DNA of 64,000 nucleotides from an uncultured Armatimonadetes bacterium (GTDB lineage Bacteria > Armatimonadota > Hebobacteria > Hebobacterales > Hebobacteraceae), in contig OY970296.1 of assembly GCA_963716175.1 (NCBI GenBank), positions 2,112,001 to 2,176,000 on the forward strand, written 5' to 3'. A model generated the notes under the pieces. That model was not told where the DNA came from. It saw only the letters and a list, made by a program, of their open reading frames with translations, and made no database searches. Numbering within the stretch: position 1 is the first letter of the stretch; every line of letters begins with the position of its first letter. Shown piece after piece: positions 1-9,609 of the stretch. Both the position numbers and the translations under genes were made by a program.

Positions 1-1175
1 CGTCCGGGTCTGATCCGGTCGGGATTGTCCAGGAGGGTGTGGGGCCATCGAACGCAAGGTGGTCGCCTACCGGCACCCGTATCCTCTTCCGAGCGGCGCT
101 CCCCTTCGACCCGACAGGCCTGGCCTACAGTCGCCAAGTCGAGCTCTGGTTGTGGGACGTGGCGACCGGTGACCTGACGAGGATCACAGAGAACGATGCC
201 TGCGAGTACGATCACAGTTGGCACGGTGATAACACCTACCCCGATCACCCGAGTGTGACGGTGGACAACACGACCGTGACCTTCTGTCAGGTGCTCGCGC
301 CTGGTGTGACAACGATCATCCAGGAGGATGCCGGCGTGACGGTACGCGCGGACCAGGTGGCGGTCCCGCCCTTCTTCAACATCCTCACGACCGCGCAGGT
401 CAGCGGCCCCATCTGCGTCTCGATGACCTATGAAGACGCAGCGGTGCCCGCGGCCGCGGAAGGGCACCTCTCGCTGGTGCGCTTCGACCCGGAGGCGCGC
501 ATGTGGTTCAGTCAGCCTTCGACGCCTGACCCGGTCCACAGCGTGGTTACTGGACAGCCATCCTCCCTTGGCGACTTGGGCCTGATGTGGCCGCTACCCT
601 CGAGCCAGTTCTCGGATGTCGCGTCATCGGCCACCGATCCCTACTGGGCCTTGTGGGAGATCGAGGCCGCCTATGGCGCAGGCATCGTTAAGGGCTACTC
701 CGACGGCACCTACAAGCCCACCGACCCGGTGACCCGCGACCAGATGGCCGTCTACATTTCCCGCGCGGTGGCGGGCGGCGATGGCAGTGTCCCCGACTTC
801 ACCGGCACCCCGACCTTCACCGATGTGCCGGCGGGCTACTGGGCGCTGAAGTACATCGAGTATGCGGCGAGCCACGACGTGGTCCAAGGCTACGACCCCA
901 CCCACTATGTCCCCGATGCCGTGGTGGACCGGGGCCAGATGGCGGTCTTCGTCGCTCGCTCCCAGGGGTGGGTAAATCTGGGGGATGACATGACCACCGC
1001 CCCTCAGGTCTTCTCCGATGTCCCCGCGGGCTTCTGGGCCGGCACCGCGATCAAGGCCTGTGTGGACCATGTGGTGGTGCAGGGCTATCTGGATGGCCTT
1101 TACCACCCAGCTGACGCGGTCACCCGCGACCAGATGGCGGTGTATGTGGCGAGGGCCTTCAAGCTGCCGATGTGA
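1..1175 (+). CDS. Secreted SLH-domain protein with TolB/PD40-like N-terminal repeat (5'-truncated by window edge)
   Basis: Frame open to the window start. WSPTG motif, then three SLH repeats (FSDV...W...GIVKGYSDGTYKP...TRDQMAVY; FTDV...DRGQMAVF; FSDV...TRDQMAVY). Confidence 0.85.
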   Translation, partial: SGSDPVGIVQEGVGPSNARWSPTGTRILFRAALPFDPTGLAYSRQVELWLWDVATGDLTRITENDACEYDHSWHGDNTYPDHPSVTVDNTTVTFCQVLAPGVTTIIQEDAGVTVRADQVAVPPFFNILTTAQVSGPICVSMTYEDAAVPAAAEGHLSLVRFDPEARMWFSQPSTPDPVHSVVTGQPSSLGDLGLMWPLPSSQFSDVASSATDPYWALWEIEAAYGAGIVKGYSDGTYKPTDPVTRDQMAVYISRAVAGGDGSVPDFTGTPTFTDVPAGYWALKYIEYAASHDVVQGYDPTHYVPDAVVDRGQMAVFVARSQGWVNLGDDMTTAPQVFSDVPAGFWAGTAIKACVDHVVVQGYLDGLYHPADAVTRDQMAVYVARAFKLPM

Positions 1176-1318
1176 CGAAGAGCCCTCCGGCTAGCGCGAT
1201 CCCTGCATGGCCACCGCGCCATTGAGCACATAATGCGTCCTATGGGCATAGTCTCCCCCTGACCTGTGCGTCGGACGCGCGACACCGGTCAGCCCTGGGG
1301 CATCGGCGGTAGCTGCCA

Positions 1319-1347
1319 TTGTGCCCGCGACCGATTCAGAGTATACT
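1319..1347 (+). promoter_or_regulatory. Probable sigma70 promoter of csp gene
   Basis: TTGTGC-17 nt-TATACT, about 110 nt upstream of the csp ATG. Confidence 0.45.
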
Positions 1348-1458
1348 GCGTGCAGTGCCCGTTCGGGCACACGAGTCTAGAAGGCCGTATCTTCGGGGTG
1401 AGGGACGTTCGTAGGCCGATCTCCGTAGCCGCGATGCTTTCGGAAAGGAGACCGGCAG

Positions 1459-1656
1459 ATGATCAAAGGTACCGTGAAGTGGTTCAAGGACGAGAAGGGC
1501 TTCGGCTTCATCGAGACCGAGACGGGTGATGTCTTCGTGCATCACTCGGCCATCGAGGGAGAGGGATTCCGTTCCCTGCGCGAGGGCCAAGAGGTCGAGC
1601 TCGAAATCGGTCAGAGCGATAAAGGGCCGAGGGCCGTCAAGGTCCGAGCACTCTAG
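1459..1656 (+). CDS. csp: Cold-shock protein (CspA family)
   Basis: KGTVKWF..EKGFGFI...DVFVHHSAI motifs. AAGGAG RBS. Confidence 0.97.
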   Translation: MIKGTVKWFKDEKGFGFIETETGDVFVHHSAIEGEGFRSLREGQEVELEIGQSDKGPRAVKVRAL

Positions 1657-1765
1657 TTCGGTCTAGCGTTGCAGCGAAAGCGCTCTGGCGTATGCCGGGG
1701 CGCTTCTCGCTTTCCGGGTGGAGGCGAGCAGCAGTTCGGCGGGCCGTGCCCGCCTGCGGCGTGCC

Positions 1766-2080
1766 CTAGCCGATGCCCCCGAAGTGGTTCGCCGGCAGTT
1801 CGGCAACCTGAGCCTGCAGATCCTCGTCCTCGAGAATGGGTGTAGCGCTGGGTGGTGGTCACCCAGGCGTGGCCCAGCAGCTCCTGCACCGCCCGCAGGT
1901 TGGGCCGGGCACGCAGGGCGTGCGTGGCGAATGCGCCAGAGGCGCATGAAGGTGTGGCGCACCAGGTGGGGGCCGGAGCGATCAGTGATGCCGGCCGCCT
2001 GCAGGTAGCGGTTCACCAATAGCGCGATGCCGCGCACGGAGAAGCGATCCCCGCTGCGATTCAGGAAGAGCGCCGGCTTC
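1766..2080 (-). pseudogene. XerC/XerD-like tyrosine recombinase C-terminal remnant
   Basis: Reconstructed across frames: ALFLNRSGDRFSVRGI...GPHLVRHTF / [31 protein letters not shown] / [10 protein letters not shown]... N-terminus absent. 19-bp insertion at about 1929-1950. Confidence 0.8.
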
Positions 2081-2125
2081 GTCCCTAGTGCTGACGGCCG
2101 GGATGGCGGCCGGCTCTGCCGGCCT
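2081..2125. repeat. Dispersed palindromic repeat, copy 1
   Basis: GGCCGGGATGGCGGCCGGCTCTGCCGGCCT (2096-2125) is identical to 36582-36611. Both are preceded by GTCCCTAG. Confidence 0.8.
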
Positions 2126-2242
2126 TGCCCCCTGGAACGAGTCCAGGTGGATCGCCCAGACAGAGCTTGGGTGGAGGGGAGGCGAGGAGGATACCTTTCG
2201 CCGTTGAATGAACCGGAAGCGCTGGGCGCGGAGGAGACGGGA

Positions 2243-3499
2243 ATGGTCCTTTCCCCACTTGAGCAGAGACTAGTCGCGGCCCTCGAAGGCATGGAGATCA
2301 TCGACGCGCACGAGCATCTGGTGCCGGAAAAGTATCGTGTGAACACTCCCGTCGACGTCTTCACGCTCTTCGCTCACTACACCTATGGCGACCTCCGCAC
2401 CGCGGGCATGTCCGATCAGGAGTACTGGACGGTCCGGAACCATGACCTGCCCCTCGACTATCGCTGGCGGGTCTTCTCCCCCTACTGGGAGCAGATTCGC
2501 TGGACCAGCTACTCCCGCTCTGCCTTGATCGCAGCTAAGCGGTTCTACGACGCGGATGACATCAACGTGAGCACGTACGTCGACATCTCGGAGAGGATGC
2601 GGCCCGCGAACACGCCCGGCATCTACGAGCGCGTGCTGCGCGAGGCCTGTAACATCCGCACCTGCCTCACTCAGTGGCTCGCCCAGAGCCGGGTCACCGA
2701 CTTCGGGACGCCGCTACTGAAGCCAGTGATGTTCATCCTCAGGGTGGACTTCGAGCCCGACCCCTTCCGCTGGGGCCTGCAATCTTGGTCGGAGATCCCA
2801 GGCGAAGGATCCATCCGCAGCCTGGACGACCTCGTGGCCGCCGGCCGCGCCCACATCAGCCAAGTCAAGGCTGAGGGCGCGGCAGGTGTGAAGATGGTCT
2901 CCCATCCGTTCCAGGCGCCCGATCGCCAGGCGGCGCATGAGGCATTCGAGCAGCTCCGCACCGGTGCGGCCTCCGAGTTACCTGCGACCAACCCGCTGCG
3001 CGATTACGTGGTCGACGAACTCATCCGGTACGCCGGTGAGCAGGACCTGACCGTCGCCGTGCACACCGGGTACTGGGGAGACTTCCGCAGGCTCAATCCT
3101 CTGCATATGATCCCGACGCTGCAGCGGCATCCCGAGGTGCGCTTCGACCTCTACCACCTCGGCTATCCGTGGGTACGGGAATCGTTGATGCTTGGCAAGC
3201 AGCTCTCGAACGTCTGGCTCAACTTCTGCTGGACCCACATCATCTCCCAGCGCTTCGCCATGGACGCGCTGGACGAGGCTATTGACCTCCTGCCGATGAA
3301 CAAGGTCATCGGGTTCGGAGGTGACTACAACTTCGCGGTCGAGAAGGTCTACGGCCATCTGGTGATGGCGAGAGAGGACATCGCCCGCGTGCTGGCGCGC
3401 CGCATTGAGCGGGGGCAGATGAACGAGGACCAGGCCCTCGGCCTCGCCCGCAAGTGGCTCTGGGACAACCCGAAGGAACTCTACCGGCTCGACGTCTGA
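2243..3499 (+). CDS. Amidohydrolase family protein (uronate-isomerase-like TIM barrel)
   Basis: IIDAHEHL metal motif, VHTG, LYHLGYP, FGGDY. Start moved to ATG 2243 after GGAGGAG. Confidence 0.85.
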   Translation: MVLSPLEQRLVAALEGMEIIDAHEHLVPEKYRVNTPVDVFTLFAHYTYGDLRTAGMSDQEYWTVRNHDLPLDYRWRVFSPYWEQIRWTSYSRSALIAAKRFYDADDINVSTYVDISERMRPANTPGIYERVLREACNIRTCLTQWLAQSRVTDFGTPLLKPVMFILRVDFEPDPFRWGLQSWSEIPGEGSIRSLDDLVAAGRAHISQVKAEGAAGVKMVSHPFQAPDRQAAHEAFEQLRTGAASELPATNPLRDYVVDELIRYAGEQDLTVAVHTGYWGDFRRLNPLHMIPTLQRHPEVRFDLYHLGYPWVRESLMLGKQLSNVWLNFCWTHIISQRFAMDALDEAIDLLPMNKVIGFGGDYNFAVEKVYGHLVMAREDIARVLARRIERGQMNEDQALGLARKWLWDNPKELYRLDV

Positions 3500-4332
3500 G
3501 CGCGCGGCGGACTGCCGGGAGCCGGGGAAGCCCCGTCACCACCGACCGGGCCGGGGCCAGCCGCGGGGGCCGGCGCGGCGGGCTTGGCCGCCTCCGCCTC
3601 CATCGGGGTGAACCTGAACGCGCGCACCACCACCTCCACCGGTTTGCCGTCCGTGGGAGGTCGGCCCTCGAAGCACCACAGGTTGATGTGCACTGGCATG
3701 GGCTGCTGGGAGATGCGGGTGGCGGGGTCCTCCGGCCGGTAGCGCCAGCTCGCCACCTGCTGCAGGTCGTCGTCGCGATGCCCCAGCAGCGACTGGAAGA
3801 AGACGCTGGTGGGCGACCAGGTGAACCGCTGCGTGCTCAGGTCCCCGTCGAGGGCGATGGGGAAGGTATGGGAGGTGCTTTTCAACTCCCTCTCGACCGG
3901 CCACACGGTGTAGTTTCCGATTGGCGCCTTGGGTAGACCCCACTTCGCGAACTCGATGTCGATCTCGCGCGTCCCGCCGCGACCGACGTCGCGAGTGGGG
4001 TAGTTGAACAGCCCGAGCACGACATTCAGGTCGAGCTTGTCCACCCGACCCTCGATCCAGAACTGGTAGCGGCCGAACCCGAAGCGGCTCGTCGTGGAAA
4101 CCTCGGAGCAGTACCACGTGCCCTCCCGGGGCGCGAGCTTCATGTGCAGATAGCCGCGGTCATCAACCCAGGCGTCGTTCTCGTCCCACTCATTCGGGCC
4201 AGGGCCGCCGCGACCCGCGCCGCGGACGGTCCAGTCGTAGTCTGAGAACCTGATCGTCTTCGCCTGGCCGACGCCGGAAGCCATCGCCAGGACGGCCATG
4301 AACCCGATCACGAACGCGAGCTTCTCTGCCAT
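3481..4332 (-). CDS. Secreted glycoside hydrolase family 16 protein
   Basis: Signal peptide, FGFGRY, catalytic EIDIEF motif. Confidence 0.85.
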   Translation of the reverse strand: MAEKLAFVIGFMAVLAMASGVGQAKTIRFSDYDWTVRGAGRGGPGPNEWDENDAWVDDRGYLHMKLAPREGTWYCSEVSTTSRFGFGRYQFWIEGRVDKLDLNVVLGLFNYPTRDVGRGGTREIDIEFAKWGLPKAPIGNYTVWPVERELKSTSHTFPIALDGDLSTQRFTWSPTSVFFQSLLGHRDDDLQQVASWRYRPEDPATRISQQPMPVHINLWCFEGRPPTDGKPVEVVVRAFRFTPMEAEAAKPAAPAPAAGPGPVGGDGASPAPGSPPRAQTSSR

Positions 4333-4579
4333 GGGCTGCTCCTTCCGCTCCCCTCCTGGGCGTCCTTCGCTGGGCGGGCCGCGCCTCCTGCGATGGCCGC
4401 GGCCAGTTCGCCCGGGCTCATCCGCACCACCAGGGTGACATCATCCTTTCCCGTCCGGTGCACCCGCTCGCTCCCGCCAGAGGCGGGCAAGCTTACCCGT
4501 GGTCTGGGGAGGGTGCGAGCGGGCCCCTAGCTGCCTCAGGCCCATCGTCTGCAGATGGAGTCCCCGGCCGATGCGCGGG

Positions 4580-4759
4580 CTAGAGCGACTCCGGCGGCTG
4601 GAGCACACCAAGCACCGTCTTGTAGACGCGCACCGCGAGCTCGGCCGCGAGCTGGATCTGCTCGTCACTGGCTTCGATGTTTGCGCGCCGGGCTGGCAGG
4701 GCGATGCTCGGCTGGAGAATGGCAGCGGACAGGCGCACAGCGATCTCTTCGTTGGACAC
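4580..4759 (-). CDS. Small hypothetical protein (59 aa)
   Basis: GTG start behind GGAGGAG. Helical, protein-like composition (SNEEIAVRLSAAILQP...). Confidence 0.55.
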   Translation of the reverse strand: MSNEEIAVRLSAAILQPSIALPARRANIEASDEQIQLAAELAVRVYKTVLGVLQPPESL

Positions 4760-4917
4760 GCTTCTCTCCTCCCTCGTTTGGTTGGCGGCAACGTCCGCTT
4801 CGGCAAGGAGGGGGGAATGCCTGTCCCTGCGACACACCTGCCGGGCGCATGCCGCGGAACCTGCTCGTGCCACGCGCCCTACACGCGGCTCATCTTAGCC
4901 GTTGAATGAGATCCTTC

Positions 4918-5979
4918 TCACAACCACCGCCTGCGCCTGAAGTAGGCCAGCATTCCCAGGGCCGACATCGTCATCACCGCCCACAGCGCGGGGTAGGCCC
5001 AGGGGAGGTCGAGCTCGGGCATGTGCTTGAAGTTCATCCCATAGACCCCGGCCAGGAAAGTCAGCGGGATGAAGATGGTGGCGATGATCGTGAGCACCTT
5101 CATCACCTCGTTCAGCCGGTGGCTCATGCTGGAAAGGTAGGTGTCGAGCATCCCCGAGATCATGTCGCGGTAGGATTCCAGGGTCTCGATCACCTGGATG
5201 GTGTGATCGTACACATCCTTTAGATAGACCAGCGTGGTCTCTTTGATCAGCGCCGACTCTCGGCGTTCCAGCGCGCTGATCACCTCCCGCAGCGGCCACA
5301 CCGACTTGCGCAGGAAGATCATCTCCCGCTTCAGCCGGTGGATAGATTGGAGCACCTCAGAGGTGGGGTTGCGCACCAGGTCCTCTTCTACCTCCTCGAT
5401 CTCCGCTCCCAGCCTCTCCAGGATCACGAAGTAGTGATCCACCACCGCATCGAGCAGCGAGTAAGCCAGGTAGTCCGAGCCCTGACTGCGGAGGCGCGAC
5501 TGCGCGTTTCGCAGCCTCACCCGCACCGGCTCGAAGACGTCCTTCCCGTTCTCCTGCAACGAGATCACGAAGTTCGGCCCCACCACCAGGCTGAGCTGCT
5601 CGGCCACCGCCTCGCCGTCGTCGCCGTAGTAGAGCATCTTCAGCACCAGATAGAGGTAGCGCCCATAGTCCTCGAGCTTGGGCCGCTGCTCAGTGTTGCC
5701 GATATCCTCCACCACCAACGGGTGAATGTCATAGCACGCGCCGAGCTTCTCGAGGAGCGCGGTATCGTGAATCCCGGAGACGTTCAGCCAGGTTACGGTC
5801 GGGCTCTCCTTGAACTTGATGCAGGCCTCCGCGGTGGTGAAATCGTGCTCCTCGCAGCGGTCTGGGTCATAGTCGAAGACCGCAATCCGCGCGGTCTCCA
5901 CCTTCCTCTCGCCGACATGAACCACTGTCCCTGGTTCCAGCCCGGCCTTCTGCGAACGTCGAGTGCCCAAGAGCCGCAT
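4918..5979 (-). CDS. corA: Magnesium/cobalt transporter CorA
   Basis: KAGLEPG N-terminus, QRPKLEDY, YGMNF signature, two C-terminal TM helices. Confidence 0.97.
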   Translation of the reverse strand: MRLLGTRRSQKAGLEPGTVVHVGERKVETARIAVFDYDPDRCEEHDFTTAEACIKFKESPTVTWLNVSGIHDTALLEKLGACYDIHPLVVEDIGNTEQRPKLEDYGRYLYLVLKMLYYGDDGEAVAEQLSLVVGPNFVISLQENGKDVFEPVRVRLRNAQSRLRSQGSDYLAYSLLDAVVDHYFVILERLGAEIEEVEEDLVRNPTSEVLQSIHRLKREMIFLRKSVWPLREVISALERRESALIKETTLVYLKDVYDHTIQVIETLESYRDMISGMLDTYLSSMSHRLNEVMKVLTIIATIFIPLTFLAGVYGMNFKHMPELDLPWAYPALWAVMTMSALGMLAYFRRRRWL

Positions 5980-6500
5980 GTTCGTTTCTCCCGCGCGGCA
6001 ACGGACTGAGCGAGTTGCCGACCGGTAGGAGTATGCCACGTGAAAGAGGTCATGGCAACAACTATGCCTGACGAGGCCAATGCCCGTGTCCAAGAACTGA
6101 CCCGGCCCTCAGATCGCCACCGCGGCGCGGCTGCTGTGTCGGGAATTGGCGCTGCAGAACGAGTACGCGCGCCTGGTCGCGCATGCGAGTTCCTGGACAG
6201 CATGGGGTCTGCGCGCGAGCCGCGGTCTCAGAGAGGCCTGGTCGCGATGGTGTCCTCCAGTCCGGGGCAGGATCGCACCCCCTCATGATCCATGATCCCG
6301 CGGACGAACGAGGCTTCCATTTGATCTGGACCGCGCCGATGAGTTTGTGGGTAGCACGCAGTTCCACGGGCGATTAGCAGGGACACCATGCTGCAAGAGA
6401 ACCCCTAAGCGCGGCCCGCCCGAACGGAGGAGCGGGGGACGGACCGCATCCTCCGTTGCCGCAGGCATCGGTAGCGACCACGCGCATCCCAGTCGGCGAG

Positions 6501-7001
6501 TCATGCTCTGTCCGCAGACCACGACCAGTAAGTAACCCCCTCTGCTGGCATCTCGCGTCGGGCCGTCATCGAGTGTACTTCAACGATGATTGCTGACGTC
6601 GTCTGGAGCGCGCTCTCATCCAGTGTGAACTCCGGGTTGAAGTACCTCCCGAACGTCAGGAACGCATCGCGCAGCTCCTCGGGATCGGCGATCACCCGCG
6701 CCCTGCCATAGGCAATCACACTCTCCCAGTTCCCGTGGCACTTCCGGCTGTCCGCAAGGGCCCCGGGCTCACCGAAGCAGCGGTTGACCACGTAGCACAC
6801 GCTCGGATTCGCGTGGATCATGTCGAGCTTACGCCCGGTCGGTGCGCAGTGGAGATATAGCTTCCCACCAGAGTATGCGTGGTTCATCGGCACCGCGTAG
6901 GGCTCAGAGCTGCTGCACATCACCAGTACGCCCACCGCAGATGCTGTGATCATCCTCTCGCATTCCGCGCTGTTGGGCGAAGGTTCGATAGGCTTGGGCA
7001 T
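6501..7001 (-). CDS. Pyridoxamine 5'-phosphate oxidase-like (NimA family) flavin-binding protein
   Basis: PYAVPMN..Y....LYLHCA..GRKLDMI..NPSVC, WESVIAYG motifs. Confidence 0.88.
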   Translation of the reverse strand: MPKPIEPSPNSAECERMITASAVGVLVMCSSSEPYAVPMNHAYSGGKLYLHCAPTGRKLDMIHANPSVCYVVNRCFGEPGALADSRKCHGNWESVIAYGRARVIADPEELRDAFLTFGRYFNPEFTLDESALQTTSAIIVEVHSMTARREMPAEGVTYWSWSADRA

Positions 7002-7269
7002 GTCGAGATCTCCCTCAGCGTGACTGCACCACCGCGGGTGCGGCATTGCCGCCGTTCGCGATCAGGAACTCCTTCGGCGACCTGTCGCGTGTCACCTGGG
7101 ATTCTCCACTGCTGCTTACCTCACGCCTGGGATACGGTCGGGCAGCACCATGTCATTGACCTCATGGCGCGTCTAATGGAGCCAATCACTGCTTGCGGTG
7201 TGCGCCCAGCTGAGCGAGTTCCGAGAGTTCGTGGCGGAGCGCTACAGAGAGACCGAGCGTCCAGGCTAT

Positions 7270-8031
7270 CTAGAGCGTCCGCCACCCAGGTCCACTCTCG
7301 TGGAAGACCACCTTGAGGCCCGGATAGCCCTCTCTGAGCATCGCCGCGAACCGCCGCAGTCCCAGGTTCTCGCAGGCCGCATGGCTGGTCTCGATCAGCG
7401 CCAGGCCCGCGTCCTCGGCGAAGCGCATCGCGTACTCGTCGGTCTCGCCGCAGATCCCGGCCTCCGCGCCGTTCTCGACGAGCCGCTCCATGAAACCGAT
7501 GTTGACGAACAGGCCCAGCCCTCCCCATGGCAGGCCGACCCGAGTCACCTGGCGCTCCGGATCTCCAGTCACGCGTACCACCGGCATGCCAGTGACCTGC
7601 TTGGCCCGCTCGGCAAGCGCTGCCAGCCGCGTCGGCGGCAGGGAGAACACACGGGCGAATCCCTGGCCGGAGTGGACCGCGTCCAGGCCGAGCGCGGCCG
7701 CGAACTCCTCGAAGATGCACAGCCGATCCAGCTTGCCGTGGGCGCGGTAGATGGCCATGCCGCCTTCGTGCATGAGCTGCATGCGGAGGCGATTCGTGCG
7801 CCAGCACCGCTCGCCATCAATGGGGGCCGACTGGGGGAAGAACAGGGTCTCGTGGCAGATCACCAGATTGCAGCGCTCCGCGAGCGCTTGCTCCAGCGCG
7901 GCCACGGTCGGCATCCAGCAGACGAGCACTGCAGTCACATCGGCCTCCGAGTCGCCGAGCTTGAAGCCCTCCTCAGACCCTGTCTCCGGCTCCCGCTCCT
8001 CCAACCATGCCATCACTTCGCGTGCCTTCAT
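7270..8031 (-). CDS. Nif3-like dinuclear metal centre protein
   Basis: NLVICHE, YRAHGKLD, ICGE, ETSHAACE motifs. GGAG RBS before ATG 8031. Confidence 0.88.
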   Translation of the reverse strand: MKAREVMAWLEEREPETGSEEGFKLGDSEADVTAVLVCWMPTVAALEQALAERCNLVICHETLFFPQSAPIDGERCWRTNRLRMQLMHEGGMAIYRAHGKLDRLCIFEEFAAALGLDAVHSGQGFARVFSLPPTRLAALAERAKQVTGMPVVRVTGDPERQVTRVGLPWGGLGLFVNIGFMERLVENGAEAGICGETDEYAMRFAEDAGLALIETSHAACENLGLRRFAAMLREGYPGLKVVFHESGPGWRTL

Positions 8032-8269
8032 CTCCGCTCCTCCGAGCCAGTGCCGGGCGACGCCTGGCTGCCCCCTTCCCAGCCCGGGGCTGCCGGTGAG
8101 GTCTGTTTCCGCCCGGCCAGACCGTCCCCTCCCGCGCGCACGAAGCAGGCGGCGGTGTTCGCAGGCGCGAATCGCGATCAGAGTTGGCGCGATCGCGGCA
8201 GGGATGAAGTCCAGGCCGGCGAAACCCGTTGCAGATCCGCACCCTGATCGCGCGCCGGGAACGCTACCG

Positions 8270-8304
8270 GTGCTACTCTGCGAAGTAGCTTCGCTACGTA
8301 GCAC
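8270..8304. repeat. Palindromic REP-like element at left edge of accessory island
   Basis: GTGCTAC...CGAAG-TAG-CTTCG...GTAGCAC nested inverted repeat. Confidence 0.5.
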
Positions 8305-8448
8305 GAGAGGCCGAGGGGGCAGTGCGAAGATACAGAGACAGGAACGCCGGAGGTGTAGCTTACCTCAGGCCCCTTCTTGTGTCAGTCACGCTGGCGATCT
8401 ACACCTATATGATACGCCGATTGCGACAGGTGCCTGAATGAGGATTCG

Positions 8449-9594
8449 ATGACGAAGGCTCACGCGCGAGTGACTGTTCTCGTTCTAGCCTGGATGGCTG
8501 CACTGCTGGGGACTGTCGGCTGCGGCGCTTGGCGCTCTGGCGAACGGGACAGCAGCCTTCTCCAGCGGGAGACGCTCCGCTATGGTACCTACCCAACCTG
8601 GTCAGCAGATGCCCGGAGAGCGGCCGTCCTGGGGAGAGGAGGAGATGGCTACTACGTGGTCCTCTTGGATGCCTCGACAGAGAAGCCCAAGGTAGTCGCA
8701 CGTCGGCCGATCCCTGGCAACGAACCTCCAAGCATATACTCCGCACTGGATGCGACCGGAGCCACGTTGTACTACATTGTCAAGCGAGGAGCGGAGCCGC
8801 ACATACTGAGCATGTGTCTTGCCACCGGCGACGTGAGAGACGTTGTGCGCGGCGTTGACCCGACTCCAAGCCCCGCAGGGCGCGATGTGGCATACGTGTA
8901 CGCGGCTTCGCACGATCTCGCAGAGGGGCTCGCCCTGTATCTTATGCACGAAGATGGGCGCAACGAGAGACTGACCTCTCAGCTTTTCGTGGAGCGATTG
9001 GTCACCTGGTCTCCGGACTCGAAGTGGCTCACTTGCCTGGCGAAGCGGATCGAATCGCCTCGGTATCCAGCCGCTCCGGAGTCTCTCATGTTGGTGTCAT
9101 TGGACTCCACGGCTCCAGAGCAGATCGAAGTGGGGAGGGGAATTGGCGAAGCGTACTGGGCCGTGGGATGGCGTAATCCAAACACCCTCGTATTCATCGC
9201 CTCCAAGGCTGATGCGAATCGGCAGAGCGTGTGGGGGGTCCTGTCCTATGACGTCCGAACCGGTAAGCGCGGCGAGATAGTCCCATTCGGAAGGATGCAT
9301 ATGTCGTTCTCGTCAGTCCAGGTATCCCATGACGCGACGATCGGCCTGTGGCAAGTTTCCGACAACGACAACCGCGCCTTTCGTGTGGCGGACCTGGACA
9401 CAGGTGATTCGGCTGAGGTCCGATTCCCTGAGGGTGTGCATAGCAGCCTATCGCCGAACGGTACGAGCATCCTCGCAGTAGGTCTGGACACGGGATCGGT
9501 TTTCTATGCTCACGGACGGATTCCCGAGAAGACGTGGGACGTGGAGAAGCTCTTGGCCGGAACCGCCGGAGGCGAGACTAGGCCTCGCGAGTAG
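8449..9594 (+). CDS. Exported TolB/PD40-like beta-propeller protein, possible lipoprotein (candidate immunity protein)
   Basis: Hydrophobic N-terminus ending TVGC (lipobox-like). Repeated PTWSAD, PTPSPAG, TWSPDS, VSHD, LSPNG blade motifs. GAGG RBS. Confidence 0.7.
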   Translation: MTKAHARVTVLVLAWMAALLGTVGCGAWRSGERDSSLLQRETLRYGTYPTWSADARRAAVLGRGGDGYYVVLLDASTEKPKVVARRPIPGNEPPSIYSALDATGATLYYIVKRGAEPHILSMCLATGDVRDVVRGVDPTPSPAGRDVAYVYAASHDLAEGLALYLMHEDGRNERLTSQLFVERLVTWSPDSKWLTCLAKRIESPRYPAAPESLMLVSLDSTAPEQIEVGRGIGEAYWAVGWRNPNTLVFIASKADANRQSVWGVLSYDVRTGKRGEIVPFGRMHMSFSSVQVSHDATIGLWQVSDNDNRAFRVADLDTGDSAEVRFPEGVHSSLSPNGTSILAVGLDTGSVFYAHGRIPEKTWDVEKLLAGTAGGETRPRE

Positions 9595-9609
9595 GGAAGG
9601 AATCTGGTC

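Noticed and set aside
1766-2080. Integron integrase with cassette array
   Set aside because: No IntI-specific insertion is visible in the remnant and no attC-like sites were found.
2027-2242. N-terminal extension of the amidohydrolase ORF
   Set aside because: It overlaps the recombinase remnant and a repeat. A strong RBS supports ATG 2243.
5980-6120. M-box (Mg2+) riboswitch upstream of corA
   Set aside because: No recognisable ykoK consensus or terminator was seen.
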